Source: an uncultured Verrucomicrobiae bacterium (GTDB taxonomy: Bacteria > Verrucomicrobiota > Verrucomicrobiia > Chthoniobacterales > UBA10450). From it: 64,000 nucleotides of DNA. Shown here in pieces: positions 11,324-20,851 of the stretch. How positions within the stretch are numbered: the first letter of the stretch is position 1; each line of letters opens with the position of its first letter. Position numbers and translations under genes: made by a program. Where the stretch lies: the NCBI GenBank assembly GCA_963815455.1, contig CAWFGO010000005.1, forward strand, positions 224,001-288,000. The letters are read 5' to 3'. Below the pieces are notes generated by a model, which did not search any database, was not told the DNA's origin, and saw only the letters and a program-made list of their open reading frames with translations.

Positions 11324-11431
11324 AAAAGGACGAATGCCGAATTCAACGACGAATGCGCAAATGACGAAATACTGTCTCCGGGGCGTTATTGTCAGTCGGC
11401 CCCGTCATTGATCATTCGGAGTTCGTTCCCC

Positions 11432-11473
11432 AAAAAAGTACCGCCCCCCACGCCCGATGGGCGTGAAGGGCGG
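11432..11473 (-). terminator. Intrinsic terminator
   Basis: Minus strand CCGCCCTTCACGCCC-ATC-GGGCGTGGGGGGCGG followed by TACTTTTTT. Confidence 0.8.
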
Positions 11474-11548
11474 CTGTTCCCCCCAGAACAATCGTACAAA
11501 ACTGCGCTGCTAGTAGTCGAGCTTATCGATAGCCGCAACAAAATTTTG
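11432..11548 (-). ncRNA. Candidate small RNA or leader RNA of unknown family
   Basis: Lies between a TGGACT-N17-TATAAT promoter and a terminator; forms three hairpins. Confidence 0.5.
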
Positions 11549-11553
11549 CGGAA

Positions 11554-11582
11554 ATTATAGGCCGAATCGGCTTGGCAGTCCA
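11554..11582 (-). promoter_or_regulatory. Sigma-70-type promoter
   Basis: Minus strand TGGACT (11582-11577), 17 nt, TATAAT (11559-11554). Confidence 0.7.
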
Positions 11583-11692
11583 TCTCTCGAAACGCCCTCG
11601 GTTTTGGTGCCCTCCACCGGAGGAGTGCGGCCCGCTGGCGCACGGGTGAAACTTCGCTTGCGCAAACCCATTAGGAGCGTTCTAGTTTTTGT

Positions 11693-12257
11693 ATGCGCAA
11701 TCTAGAGGGCAAAAAGCCGCGAAGCCTGGCTGGTTCGCTGCTCGTTGCCCATCCAAGCATGCTGGATCCCAAATTTTCGCCGGACGGTGCTTTTTATTTC
11801 GGCGCACGATCCGGAGGAAGGCGCGCTCGGCGTGATCATCAATCGGCCGCTCGATAAACAGGTCTCCGATCTCGTGAGCGAAGCGCCGCCGCAAGGTCTG
11901 GCCGACGTTCCGGTGTTTCTCGGCGGACCCGGTCGGGAACAACCAATTGATGTTTGCGGCGTTCGAATGGCAAAAGGCGAGGGACTCAAGCTCAATCACA
12001 GCGTCGGGGTGGATGAAGCGAGCGAGCGTGTCGGTGACGATCCGGCGTCCGATCCGTGCTTTCGTCGGTTACGCCGGATGGGAGGCCGGGCCAATTCGAA
12101 GCCGAGATGAAACAAAAAGCCTGGCTTTTGCAGAAGCCGAACCGTTCCGCGCTCAAGCCCGGAGCGACTGCCCAAACTTTGGTTCGATATCATGAACGGA
12201 CTCGGGCCATGGTATAAAATGCTGGCCGCGGCGCCGGACGATCCGTCGCTGAATTAG
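11693..12257 (+). CDS. YqgE/AlgH family protein (frameshifted)
   Basis: GSLLVAHPSMLDP-NFRRTVL..GALGVIINRP..VFLGGP..RAFVGYAGW..PDDPSLN across frames. Confidence 0.88.
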
Positions 12258-12340
12258 TGCGGGTGATGATGAAGGTCGACGAGCGGTTGCAATTCGTTCT
12301 TAGTCTTGTCGCTGATCACTCGTCACTTATCACTCTTCGA

Positions 12341-13446
12341 ATGATCATCGGCGTCCCGAAGGAGATTAAAGAACAGGAACAACGCGTCGCGCTTGTTGCC
12401 TTCGGCCGCGGAACAATTGAAGCGCCGCGGCCATTCGGTGCTGGTGGAAAAGAATGCCGGCGTCGGTTCCGGTTATTCCGGACGAGGAATATAGCAAGGC
12501 GGGCGCGGAGATTGTCGATCTGCGCCGGAGGATGTTTTTGGCGGTGCCGACATGATCGTGAAAGTGAAGGAGCCGCTCAAGGCGGAGTTTCCGCTTTTGC
12601 GCAAAGGCCAGATTCTTTTCACCTATTTGCATCTGGCGGCGAGCAAACCGCTCACCGAAGCGTTGCTGAAATCCGGCGTGACCGGCGGTTGCTTACGAAA
12701 CGATTCAGGTCGGCCATCGCCTTCCGTTGCTCGAACCGATGAGCGAGATCGCCGGACGCATGTCGGTCGTGATGGGTGCGAGTTTTCTCGCCAAACATAA
12801 CGGCGGCAGCGGCGTCCTGCTCGGCGGCGTTCCGGGTGTTCTGCCGGGATCGCGTGGTCGTGATTGGCGGCGGAACCTCCGGGGTGAACGCGTTGCGCAT
12901 GGCCAAGGGTCTCGGCGCGGACGTGACCATTCTCGATATCGATGTCGAGCGGATGCGATTTCTCGATCTCGCGATGGATAACATGCGCACACTTGTATTC
13001 GAGCGAAGCGAACTTGAACGAATCTGATGCCCGATTGCGATTTGCTGATCGGCGCGGTGCTCTTGCCGGGAGCGAAAGCGCCGAAATTGATCACGCGCGC
13101 GATGTTGCGAAAAATGAAACGCGGCAGCGTTCTGGTGGACATCGCGATCGATCAGGGCGGGTGCGCCGAGACGTCGCGGCCGACCACGCATGTCGATCCT
13201 GTTTACGTCGAGGAAGGGGTCACGCATTATTGCGTGGCCAACATGCCGGCGGCCTACGCGCGCACGGCCACCCAGGCGTTGACCAATGTTACGTATCGAT
13301 ACGTCGAGTTGCTGGCCGATCTCGGCCTGGAGGGCGCGTGCCAGAAACAACCCGCCTTGATGGGAGGAATTAACACGCGCGATGGCAGGCTTACCTGCCA
13401 GGCGGTGGCCGAGGCCCACGGCTTGAAATACGAACCGCCACTTTAA
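12341..13446 (+). CDS. ald: Alanine dehydrogenase (multiple frameshifts)
   Basis: [55 protein letters not shown]. Confidence 0.95.
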
Positions 13447-13555
13447 TTTGCGATCCCTCAACGATTTGCCATCGAAAAGAAAATTTCAAAAGGGCCAAAA
13501 AGCGTCCTTGCTACGATTCAATAAATACCACACTATGCCTTTGCAACCTATCACT

Positions 13556-13759
13556 ATGAACAAATACATCTGCATCCTAGCCAGTGCCGCGCTCCTCGCG
13601 GCTTGTGAACAAAAGACCGAAACAGCCGCCCCAGAGGCAAGCCCAGCCGCTTCGGCAGAGGCCACGATGGCGCCGGCGACCGAATCTCCCGCTTCCAGTA
13701 TGGAATCTCCCGCTTCCAGCATGGAGTCTCCGGCTGCGACAATGACGCCGTCTCCGTAA
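13556..13759 (+). CDS. Small Ser/Pro/Ala-rich lipoprotein
   Basis: MNKYICILASAALLAAC lipobox; ESPASSM repeats; followed by a terminator. Confidence 0.75.
   Translation: MNKYICILASAALLAACEQKTETAAPEASPAASAEATMAPATESPASSMESPASSMESPAATMTPSP
13682..13744 (+). repeat. 21-bp tandem repeat x3 (coding)
   Basis: GAATCTCCCGCTTCCAGTATG / GAATCTCCCGCTTCCAGCATG / GAGTCTCCGGCTGCGACAATG. Confidence 0.85.
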
Positions 13760-13784
13760 CAGCCTTCTATTAACAATCATCTCG

Positions 13785-13822
13785 AAAGTCTTCCTTCGAG
13801 CGATCCTCGGGGGAAGACTTTT
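13785..13822 (+). terminator. Intrinsic terminator
   Basis: AAAGTCTTCCTTCGAG-CGATC-CTCGGGGGAAGACTTTT. Confidence 0.75.
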
Positions 13823-13864
13823 GCTGTACGGATGACCGCTGGTCGCCTCTGAATCGCAATCGAC

Positions 13865-14230
13865 ATGGCCGCGGCAGGCACGCTCTCTTTTCCAAAAAGC
13901 GGACGCCTGATGCGCGCGCCGGATTTCGAGAATGTGAAACGAAACGGCTCAGCCCGGCGTGGGAAATTGCTAACTCTCAGCATCCTTCCGGTTGAAAATG
14001 TCGCGCCATTTCGCGTGGGCTTTGTCACTTCGCGGCGCGTCGGTGGTGCGGTCGTGCGCAACCGGGTTAGACGGCGTCTCCGCGAAATCGTGCGCCGGCA
14101 TCAGCACGACCTGCGAAAAGGCTTGTGGATGGTGGTCGTGGCCAGAGAAGACGCGGCGCGAGCGAGTTATCGCGCGCTGGAAGATGAATGGTTGCGCCTG
14201 GCAAGGCGCGCTTCTATCCTAACCGCCTGA
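13865..14230 (+). CDS. rnpA: Ribonuclease P protein component
   Basis: RVGFVTSRRVGGAVVRNRVRRRLRE motif. Confidence 0.95.
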   Translation: MAAAGTLSFPKSGRLMRAPDFENVKRNGSARRGKLLTLSILPVENVAPFRVGFVTSRRVGGAVVRNRVRRRLREIVRRHQHDLRKGLWMVVVAREDAARASYRALEDEWLRLARRASILTA

Positions 14231-14499
14231 TGCTCTTCTTGGTTCGATTTCTTGTCTGGCTTTATAAATGCACGCTCTCGCCGCTGCTTTCGCTGCTCGG
14301 CGGGCCAGGCTCTGGCTGCCGTTTTGAGCCGTCGTGCTCGGTCTATTTTCTGGAAGCGGTCGAAATGCACGGCTTTGTCCGTGGAAGCTGGCTGGGACTA
14401 AAACGATTGGGTCGCTGCCAGCCGTGGGGCGGTTGCGGGCCCGATCCGGTTCCGCCGCCCCTGAATGATGTCGATCTTGCGGATCGTCGTTGCGTGTGA
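14230..14499 (+). CDS. yidD: Membrane protein insertion efficiency factor
   Basis: CRFEPSCS..HG..RLGRCQPW..DPVP. Confidence 0.93.
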   Translation: MLFLVRFLVWLYKCTLSPLLSLLGGPGSGCRFEPSCSVYFLEAVEMHGFVRGSWLGLKRLGRCQPWGGCGPDPVPPPLNDVDLADRRCV

Positions 14500-14520
14500 T
14501 CAACCGCCATTACATTTTTT

Positions 14521-16248
14521 ATGGATCGAACCGCGTGGATTGCTGTTGGGTTGTGCGTCATCGGCCTCGTTGTGTGGGAAGTCTATGTCGTGAAACAGAT
14601 CCAGCCGAGACCGGCTGTGCCGGCGCAGATCTCTCCCGCCCCAACGGCGAATACTCCTGGGGCTCCTAGCGTTCCACCATCGCCTTCGGCAACGGCCATG
14701 CCGTCCGCCGTATCAAAAGAGGCGGAGGCCGCTCCAAGTTTTGAGGAGAAAATCGAGACGTTGCGCAATGACGACGTCGAGCTGCGACTGACCAATCGCG
14801 GCGGCGGAATTAAGGAAGCCGTTTTGCCTGGCCACGGGTCGGACAACGGGCAACCCGTCGTGCTGAACGCAGGGGAGAAGATGCCGATCGGAGCAATTGT
14901 CAATGCTCAGAACGCTTCCGAGCTCCCGGAATTTGCTGCCTCGCGAAATACGGATGGCTCTCTCCAATACGAGCGTGTCACTCCGGAGCAGGTGACGATC
15001 CGAAAGAAATTCTTTTTCCCGCCATCGACGGAGAAGAAAGACAACTACGTAATCGAAATGGATGTCGATGTTCAAAACGGAGGCGCGCAACCCTACGCGA
15101 GCAAAGACTATTTCATCGCGCTCGGATCGGCCGGGCCTTCTCATCCCAAGGATTACCCGTCATTCACTCGTCTGGTCTGGTGCATCGATGGCCGGGCCAA
15201 GGGGATCGACGTCGGGTGGTTCGGCGGCGGGAGCGGTTTTCTCGGCATGGGTGCGCATCCCGAGCGACCGAATTACGAGGAAAACATCGCCGGCGCGGAA
15301 TGGGCTGCCGTGAGCAGCCAGTTTTTTACGACCTTGATCGCACCGCTAACGGCGAAGGCGACGGGTGTCTGGGCTCGCCGGTTCGAAATCACGCGCTGGC
15401 CGAACCAGCATATTTTCGGGATCGAAGGGGCCGTGGGGTTACCGGCATTTCAACTGCAACCAGGCCAGAGCTACCACGCGCGCTTTGAGATTTACGCCGG
15501 CCCGAAGTTGTATCATCGGCTGGCGCAGCTTCGGCACAACGAGGCCGAGGTCATGGACTTCGGCATGTTCAAGATCGTTTGCCAGTTCCTGCTCAATTTC
15601 ATGAACTTGCTCCACAGCTGGTTGCATGACTACGGCCTGGCCATTCTCGCGCTTACCACCGTTATCAAGCTCACCCTTTGGCCGATCCAAAACAAAGCCA
15701 ACCGTTCCATGCGTAAGATGGCCGCGTTATCGCCGAAAATTCAGGAGCTGCGCGACAAATATAAGGACGATCCGACGAAGATGAATACGGAGGTGATGAA
15801 GCTGTACAAGGACTACGGCATCAATCCGGTGGGCGGTTGTTTGCCAATGATGATACAGATCCCGATTTTCTTCGGACTGTTCAAAATGCTCGGCCAGGCC
15901 GTGGAACTGCGGAACGCCAAGTTTTTGTGGGTGAAAGATCTTTCCCAGCCCGACACCGTGGCGCATTTGCCGATCCTCGGCTGGCCGGTCAACATCATCC
16001 CCCTCTGCATGGCGGCTACGCAAATTTGGCTTATGGCCATGACCCCGAAGACCGGCGACCCGACCCAGCGGCGGGTCATGATGTTCACTCCGCTGATCTT
16101 CTTATTTATCTGCTACAATTTTGCCGCGGCTCTGGCATTGTATTACACCGCTCAAAACCTTTTGAGCATCCTGCAATTTTATCAGAACAAAAAACAACCA
16201 ATGCCGACACTTGAAAAAGTGGCCGTTGCGGCGAAACAAAAGAGATGA
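14521..16248 (+). CDS. yidC: Membrane protein insertase
   Basis: YAGPK, YGLAI, INPVGGCLPMMIQIPIFF, FLWVKDLSQPD. Confidence 0.97.
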   Translation: MDRTAWIAVGLCVIGLVVWEVYVVKQIQPRPAVPAQISPAPTANTPGAPSVPPSPSATAMPSAVSKEAEAAPSFEEKIETLRNDDVELRLTNRGGGIKEAVLPGHGSDNGQPVVLNAGEKMPIGAIVNAQNASELPEFAASRNTDGSLQYERVTPEQVTIRKKFFFPPSTEKKDNYVIEMDVDVQNGGAQPYASKDYFIALGSAGPSHPKDYPSFTRLVWCIDGRAKGIDVGWFGGGSGFLGMGAHPERPNYEENIAGAEWAAVSSQFFTTLIAPLTAKATGVWARRFEITRWPNQHIFGIEGAVGLPAFQLQPGQSYHARFEIYAGPKLYHRLAQLRHNEAEVMDFGMFKIVCQFLLNFMNLLHSWLHDYGLAILALTTVIKLTLWPIQNKANRSMRKMAALSPKIQELRDKYKDDPTKMNTEVMKLYKDYGINPVGGCLPMMIQIPIFFGLFKMLGQAVELRNAKFLWVKDLSQPDTVAHLPILGWPVNIIPLCMAATQIWLMAMTPKTGDPTQRRVMMFTPLIFLFICYNFAAALALYYTAQNLLSILQFYQNKKQPMPTLEKVAVAAKQKR

Positions 16249-16719
16249 TGACGCCCAAGGAACTACTGGACACCATACTGGGCTATCTTGGCTTCGTCGT
16301 GGAGATCGAAGAGCAGGAAGACGAGGCCGGGAATCTGGTTCTGCAAATTTACACCGAGGAAAGCCGTCGCCTGATCGGTCGCGACGGCGACACGCTTGTC
16401 GGCCATTCAGTTTCTCATCAATCGCCTTCTCCAGGCGAAAGACAAGGACGCGCCGAAAGTGGTCGTCGATTGCGAGCATTATCGTTCGATGCGCGAAGAT
16501 CGCATTATCCAACACGTGCGCGAGCTGGCCGAGCGCGTTCGTGCTAGCGGCCGCTCCCTCCAGCTCGAGCCGATGAATTCCTACGAACGGCGGATCGTGC
16601 ACAACGCCTTTAAGGACGATCCTGACGTGGCGACGTGGAGCCCGTCCGATTCCGCGCGAATCAAGCAAATCACGTTGGTCAAGCGCCAGCCGAAAACAGA
16701 GCCGGCGCAAAAAGAGTAG
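16245..16719 (+). CDS. Jag/KhpB-like KH-R3H RNA-binding protein (frameshift near 16398)
   Basis: LIGRDGDTL..AIQFLIN, LEPMNSYERRIVH; follows yidC. Confidence 0.9.
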
Positions 16720-16771
16720 GTGGCATCGGCATCTTGTCGATGGGGCACGGGCTGGAAGCCCGTGCCGCTAC
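16716..16771. repeat. Palindromic element between convergent genes
   Basis: GTAG-GTGGCATCGGCATCTTGTCGATG..GCACGGGCTGGAAGCCCGTGCCGCTAC. Confidence 0.7.
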
Positions 16772-17940
16772 TCCGGAATAAAGCGCGCTGCTTCCTTCTG
16801 TAGGCCGGCGCGCACTTCCGGTCGCCACCGAAATTTGTGCAAGAGTGGATTCGGTTTCTGCTCGACAGCATCGGCGATGATTTCGCCCAGCACCGGCGCG
16901 AACTTGAAACCGTGGCCGCTGTCGCCCGCAGCCACGATTAATCCCGGGCGTTCCGGATCGGGCGCGATCCAAAAATCTCCATCGTTCGTGTCGCAATAGA
17001 AGCAGACCCGCGTGTGAACGATCGGTGCCTCCGCCAGAGATGGCAGCGTCTCTTGCAAGAATGTTCTCAGATTTTGTTCGTCGTCCGGCGTCACCACACG
17101 GTCCGGAGAATCAGGCGACATTTCCCTTCCAGGCCCATGATTCGCCACCTTCACCACGCCGTCGCGATTCAACGGAAAGCCGTAATATCCGGTGGACGAA
17201 ATATCGTCCGCAAAAACAGGGAAGCGTTCCGGCGCGAAAAGCTGCGGATCATTCGGTTTGAGATGAAACACCGAATGACCGGTCGCGCGGAAAAAGTTTT
17301 TCGTAAACGGCAACAGATACGATGTCCACGCACCCACGGCCATGATCACGATGTCGGCCGCGAGTCGTTGTCGATCCTGTAAGACGACGCCTTGCACGCG
17401 TCCATTCCTCTCATCGAGCTCCGCGAACCGGAAGCCTTGGCGCAGTTCAACCCCGAGCGAATTAGCGTGCTCGACCAGTGCCGCCACCACTCGCCCGCTT
17501 TCTACGTAGCCCCCTTCCAGATCGACAAAACCATCCTGATAAAGCTCGCTTTCCCACGCGGGAAAGCGTTCGCGCAGCCGCGCCAGATTAATGCGTTCGA
17601 CTTTGTGTCCACGCCGCTCCAGTAGCTTGAAGCTGTCATATTCAAATTCGCCGGGTTGCATTTTCCCGCGGCGCAGAAACAGAAAACCGACTTCGTGAAA
17701 TAAGCTGCCCGGCAACTCGTCGTTCCATTTCCGCCAGAGCCGGATCGAACGCTCAGCCAATTCCGCGTAATCTTCGTCGTTCCCATAAGCAGCGCGGACT
17801 GCTTTACTGATATCGGTGGAAGCGGCGAGGGGGTGGGGCAATGGGCCCGGATCAAGCAGAACGACCTTATGGCCGCGCTTCCTCAGCTCGATCGCAGCTG
17901 TAACGCCATTAATTCCCGCTCCGACGACGAGCGTGCTCAT
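16768..17940 (-). CDS. FAD-dependent oxidoreductase (sarcosine oxidase / DAO-like)
   Basis: VVGAGING, ASTDISK, CFYCDTNDGDF, GHGFKFAPVLG. Confidence 0.9.
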   Translation of the reverse strand: MSTLVVGAGINGVTAAIELRKRGHKVVLLDPGPLPHPLAASTDISKAVRAAYGNDEDYAELAERSIRLWRKWNDELPGSLFHEVGFLFLRRGKMQPGEFEYDSFKLLERRGHKVERINLARLRERFPAWESELYQDGFVDLEGGYVESGRVVAALVEHANSLGVELRQGFRFAELDERNGRVQGVVLQDRQRLAADIVIMAVGAWTSYLLPFTKNFFRATGHSVFHLKPNDPQLFAPERFPVFADDISSTGYYGFPLNRDGVVKVANHGPGREMSPDSPDRVVTPDDEQNLRTFLQETLPSLAEAPIVHTRVCFYCDTNDGDFWIAPDPERPGLIVAAGDSGHGFKFAPVLGEIIADAVEQKPNPLLHKFRWRPEVRAGLQKEAARFIPE

Positions 17941-17954
17941 GGATAGTTCCAAAG

Positions 17955-18022
17955 CCGGTAGGGCGAGACCCGGTCGAGCCGACAAAAGAATTCGACGGCT
18001 CCGCGGAGCGTCGCCCTACCGG
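17955..18022. repeat. GGTAGGGCG palindromic element
   Basis: CCGGTAGGGCGAGAC...GGCTCCGCGGAGCGTCGCCCTACCGG; sibling at 41729-41847, relative at 36796-36877. Confidence 0.85.
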
Positions 18023-18060
18023 GAGAAAAGATTTGGCGATGGAGATCCATCAGCGCAATA

Positions 18061-19056
18061 TCATTCGTCGAATTCGAAAATGATTTTGCCGCTTCGTTTT
18101 CCTTGCGCGGCATGGGCCAGTGCGGTTTTCGCTTCGATCAGCGGATAAGCTTTTTCGATTTTGGTTTTCAGCAGGCCGCGCTTTGCCATGTCAAAGAGCG
18201 GCCGAAGCGCTTCCAGGCGCTGCTCCAGCGTAGCGTTGTCATACCACTTGTTAATCCAAATTCCCCGAAAACGCAGATCTTTGAAAATGAGCAAGCCAGT
18301 TGGAATTTTTAGCGGTTGGAGGCTCATGGCGCCGAACGAGACCATTGTCGATCCTGGCGCGAGACAATTTGCCAAACGAAGAGCGCTGTCGCCGCCTACT
18401 GCATTCAATGCCAGGCGGATCGGTGCCCCGCCGGTCGCCGTCTTCACTTCGTCGCGAAGATGTTCGCCATCGACCAGGACCACATTGCCGCCTTCAGCAC
18501 GCAATTCATCGATCAATTCGGCGCGGCGCACGACGTTCACCGTTTTATAACCGAGGGCATGAGCGATTTGGATCACGGCTCGGCCTGCGGCGGAGTTCGC
18601 CGCATTTTGGATCAACCAGTCGCCGCGTTTTAGATCGACATAATCGTGCAACAATCGCCAGGCAGTCATCGGGTTGATCTTTAACATCGCTGCCTGGACC
18701 GGCTCGATCCCATCCGGAACCACGATCAATTCATCGGCCTTCACCGCGACCGCGTCTCGCCACGTGCCGAGATTATGCGGCAAAATCACCAGCGCGCCCA
18801 GCGGCAGGTGTTTCACGCCCGACCCAAGATCGACAACGGTTCCTGCGCCTTCGAATCCGGGAATCGCGGGGACTTCTTTGCGTCCGGGATATTTTCCTTC
18901 GATCGCGTTCAGATCGGCCGGATTGATCGGCGCCGCTCGCATTTGCACCACCGCTTCGTTCGGCCCGGCCTCTGGCCAGGCCTGCTGTTCGACGCGCAAA
19001 ACATCCGCCGGATTTCCGTGCGTTGCATAAACGACTGCGTTAATACTCTTTTTCAA
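18061..19056 (-). CDS. MDR-family 2-enoyl thioester reductase (MECR-like)
   Basis: APINPADLN, PGFEG, INPMTAWRLL, IQNAANS, FRGIW. Confidence 0.9.
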   Translation of the reverse strand: MKKSINAVVYATHGNPADVLRVEQQAWPEAGPNEAVVQMRAAPINPADLNAIEGKYPGRKEVPAIPGFEGAGTVVDLGSGVKHLPLGALVILPHNLGTWRDAVAVKADELIVVPDGIEPVQAAMLKINPMTAWRLLHDYVDLKRGDWLIQNAANSAAGRAVIQIAHALGYKTVNVVRRAELIDELRAEGGNVVLVDGEHLRDEVKTATGGAPIRLALNAVGGDSALRLANCLAPGSTMVSFGAMSLQPLKIPTGLLIFKDLRFRGIWINKWYDNATLEQRLEALRPLFDMAKRGLLKTKIEKAYPLIEAKTALAHAAQGKRSGKIIFEFDE

Positions 19057-19059
19057 TCA

Positions 19060-19969
19060 ATGCCTCTCGCGCTGCATCCTACATCGAACGTTCCGGCCAG
19101 CAATCTGCAAACCGGCGCGCGCGTCGCATTGCTCGGTCTGGTCATTAACGTGGTCCTGGCCAGCGCCAAGATTGTCGCGGGCATTCTCGGCAACGCCTAC
19201 GTTTTGATCGCCGACGGGATCGAGTCCGCGCTGGACGTGGGCGGCTCGATCGTGATCTGGGGCGGATTGAAAGTCGCCGCGCGTCCGCCAGACGAGACGC
19301 ATCCTTATGGCCACGGCAAAGCCGAGCCGGTCGCGGCCGCGATCGTGGCGGTGGGCGTGCTGGCCGCTGCGCTCGGTCTGGCCATCGAAAGCGTGCACGA
19401 AATTTTTCTGCCACACCATGAGCCTGCGCCGTTTACACTCGCTGTCCTCGATCGTCGCGGTTGTGGTGAAGGAATTGCTTTATCGCTACGTGGTTCGATT
19501 TGGGCGCGACGTCGAAAGCACTGCCGTGCAAACAGACGCGTGGCATCATCGCACCGATGCGATGACCTCCATCGCCGCGTTCATCGGTATTTCGATTGCC
19601 CTGATTGGCGGCGAAAGGTGGCAGGATGCGGACAATTGGGCCGCGCTCTTCGCCTGCGCATTAATCGGCGCAAATGGCTACCGTCTTCTTTCGCCGGCGC
19701 TGCACGAGATCATGGACACCGCTCCGCGCGGCCGGATTGTCGATTCCGTGCAAACCGCAGCGCGATCTGTTTCCGGCGTTGTCCAAGTGGAGAAATGTTT
19801 CATTCGCAAAATGGGATTGAGTTTCTATGTCGATCTTCACGTCGGCGTGAACGGCAGCATTTCCGTGCGCGAAGGTCATCGCATCGCGCACGAAGTGAAA
19901 CGTGCCATTCAGGAGACCGATCAACGCATTGCGGATGTGCTGGTGCACATCGAGCCAGCTACGCAGTAG
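19060..19969 (+). CDS. Cation diffusion facilitator transporter (frameshift near 19450)
   Basis: LIADGIES, PPDETHPYGHGKAE, DAWHHRTD, VDLHV, VLVHIEP. Confidence 0.92.
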
Positions 19970-20043
19970 CTTTCTGGGGAGCGCACTGCCTGCCCGCCCG
20001 CGAGCGGGCGCCTCGCGTGCCGATTCCGGCGCCCTCGCCGGAA

Positions 20044-20766
20044 TCATTCGATGGCACGGACAACCTCGACAAGCGCGTCCGCCAGAGTTGCTTTCGCCCG
20101 CGAGATTGTCTTTGCGAACCGGACCAGGCGAGGAATGCGATTTGGCTTGGTGAGAAAAAACGCGGCCAGCTTCATCATGCTGGTTCGTTGGTTCGCGATA
20201 CTAAATAGAACATCGGGCGGCGCCGGAAACGGCTCTGCGGGTGTGTCGCTGATCACCCGCAGAGAAAGCAGCGGTAACCCATGCTCGGCGCAGGCCCGCG
20301 CGATGAATTCGGTTTCCATATCGACTGCAGCCGCGCCCGTTTCCTTCGCAAGCCGTTCTCGCTCTTCCGGCGTAGCGATCATCTTCGGCGCGGTGACAAG
20401 ATCGACAACGTGCGGCGCAACACTTCGCAGGGCGGGACCAAGTTCGAGTGTCGAGTAGTTTTTCGCGATTACGAGATCGCCCACGATCAGCTGGTCGGTA
20501 AGTCCGCCGGCAAAACCGGCGCTGATCAAGTAATCGAATTGCTCGCCACGGCGAATCCGTCCTGCGGCGGATCGATCTTGGAGAAAAAGCGCGATTCGTT
20601 GCCGGCAGATGCTTTCTCCGACGCCGGTGTGAAGAAGCTCGATCGAGTGATTGTCGATCTTCCCACTGATCGTGCGAATCCCGTTTCGATCGTGATGAGT
20701 TATCTCCTTGAGAAAACGCCGAAAGCGCGAGCTTTCCGCCGGTAACGCAAAGGCAACCGCGATCAT
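20044..20766 (-). CDS. Nucleoside phosphorylase-like protein (PNP_UDP_1 fold)
   Basis: HTGVG, ISAGFAGGL, AVDMET, LRVISD. Confidence 0.8.
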   Translation of the reverse strand: MIAVAFALPAESSRFRRFLKEITHHDRNGIRTISGKIDNHSIELLHTGVGESICRQRIALFLQDRSAAGRIRRGEQFDYLISAGFAGGLTDQLIVGDLVIAKNYSTLELGPALRSVAPHVVDLVTAPKMIATPEERERLAKETGAAAVDMETEFIARACAEHGLPLLSLRVISDTPAEPFPAPPDVLFSIANQRTSMMKLAAFFLTKPNRIPRLVRFAKTISRAKATLADALVEVVRAIE

Positions 20767-20774
20767 TCTTATAT

Positions 20775-20833
20775 TGTAGCGGCGGTCTCCGACCGTCGCA
20801 TCATCTGTCCGACGCTCAGAGAGCGCCGCTACA
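20775..20833. repeat. TGTAGCGGCG palindromic element
   Basis: TGTAGCGGCGGTCTCCGACCG...CGACGCTCAGAGAGCGCCGCTACA; near-identical arms inside thiC (47629-47691) and a half copy at 46645. Confidence 0.9.
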
Positions 20834-20851
20834 GAGTAAAAGTAAGCGCCC

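Noticed and set aside
11392..11643. 83-aa ORF, or tmRNA/SRP/6S identity for this region
   Set aside because: The ORF runs across a promoter and terminator and looks non-protein-like; no tRNA-like ends, no SRP GGAA-loop motif, and too short for 6S
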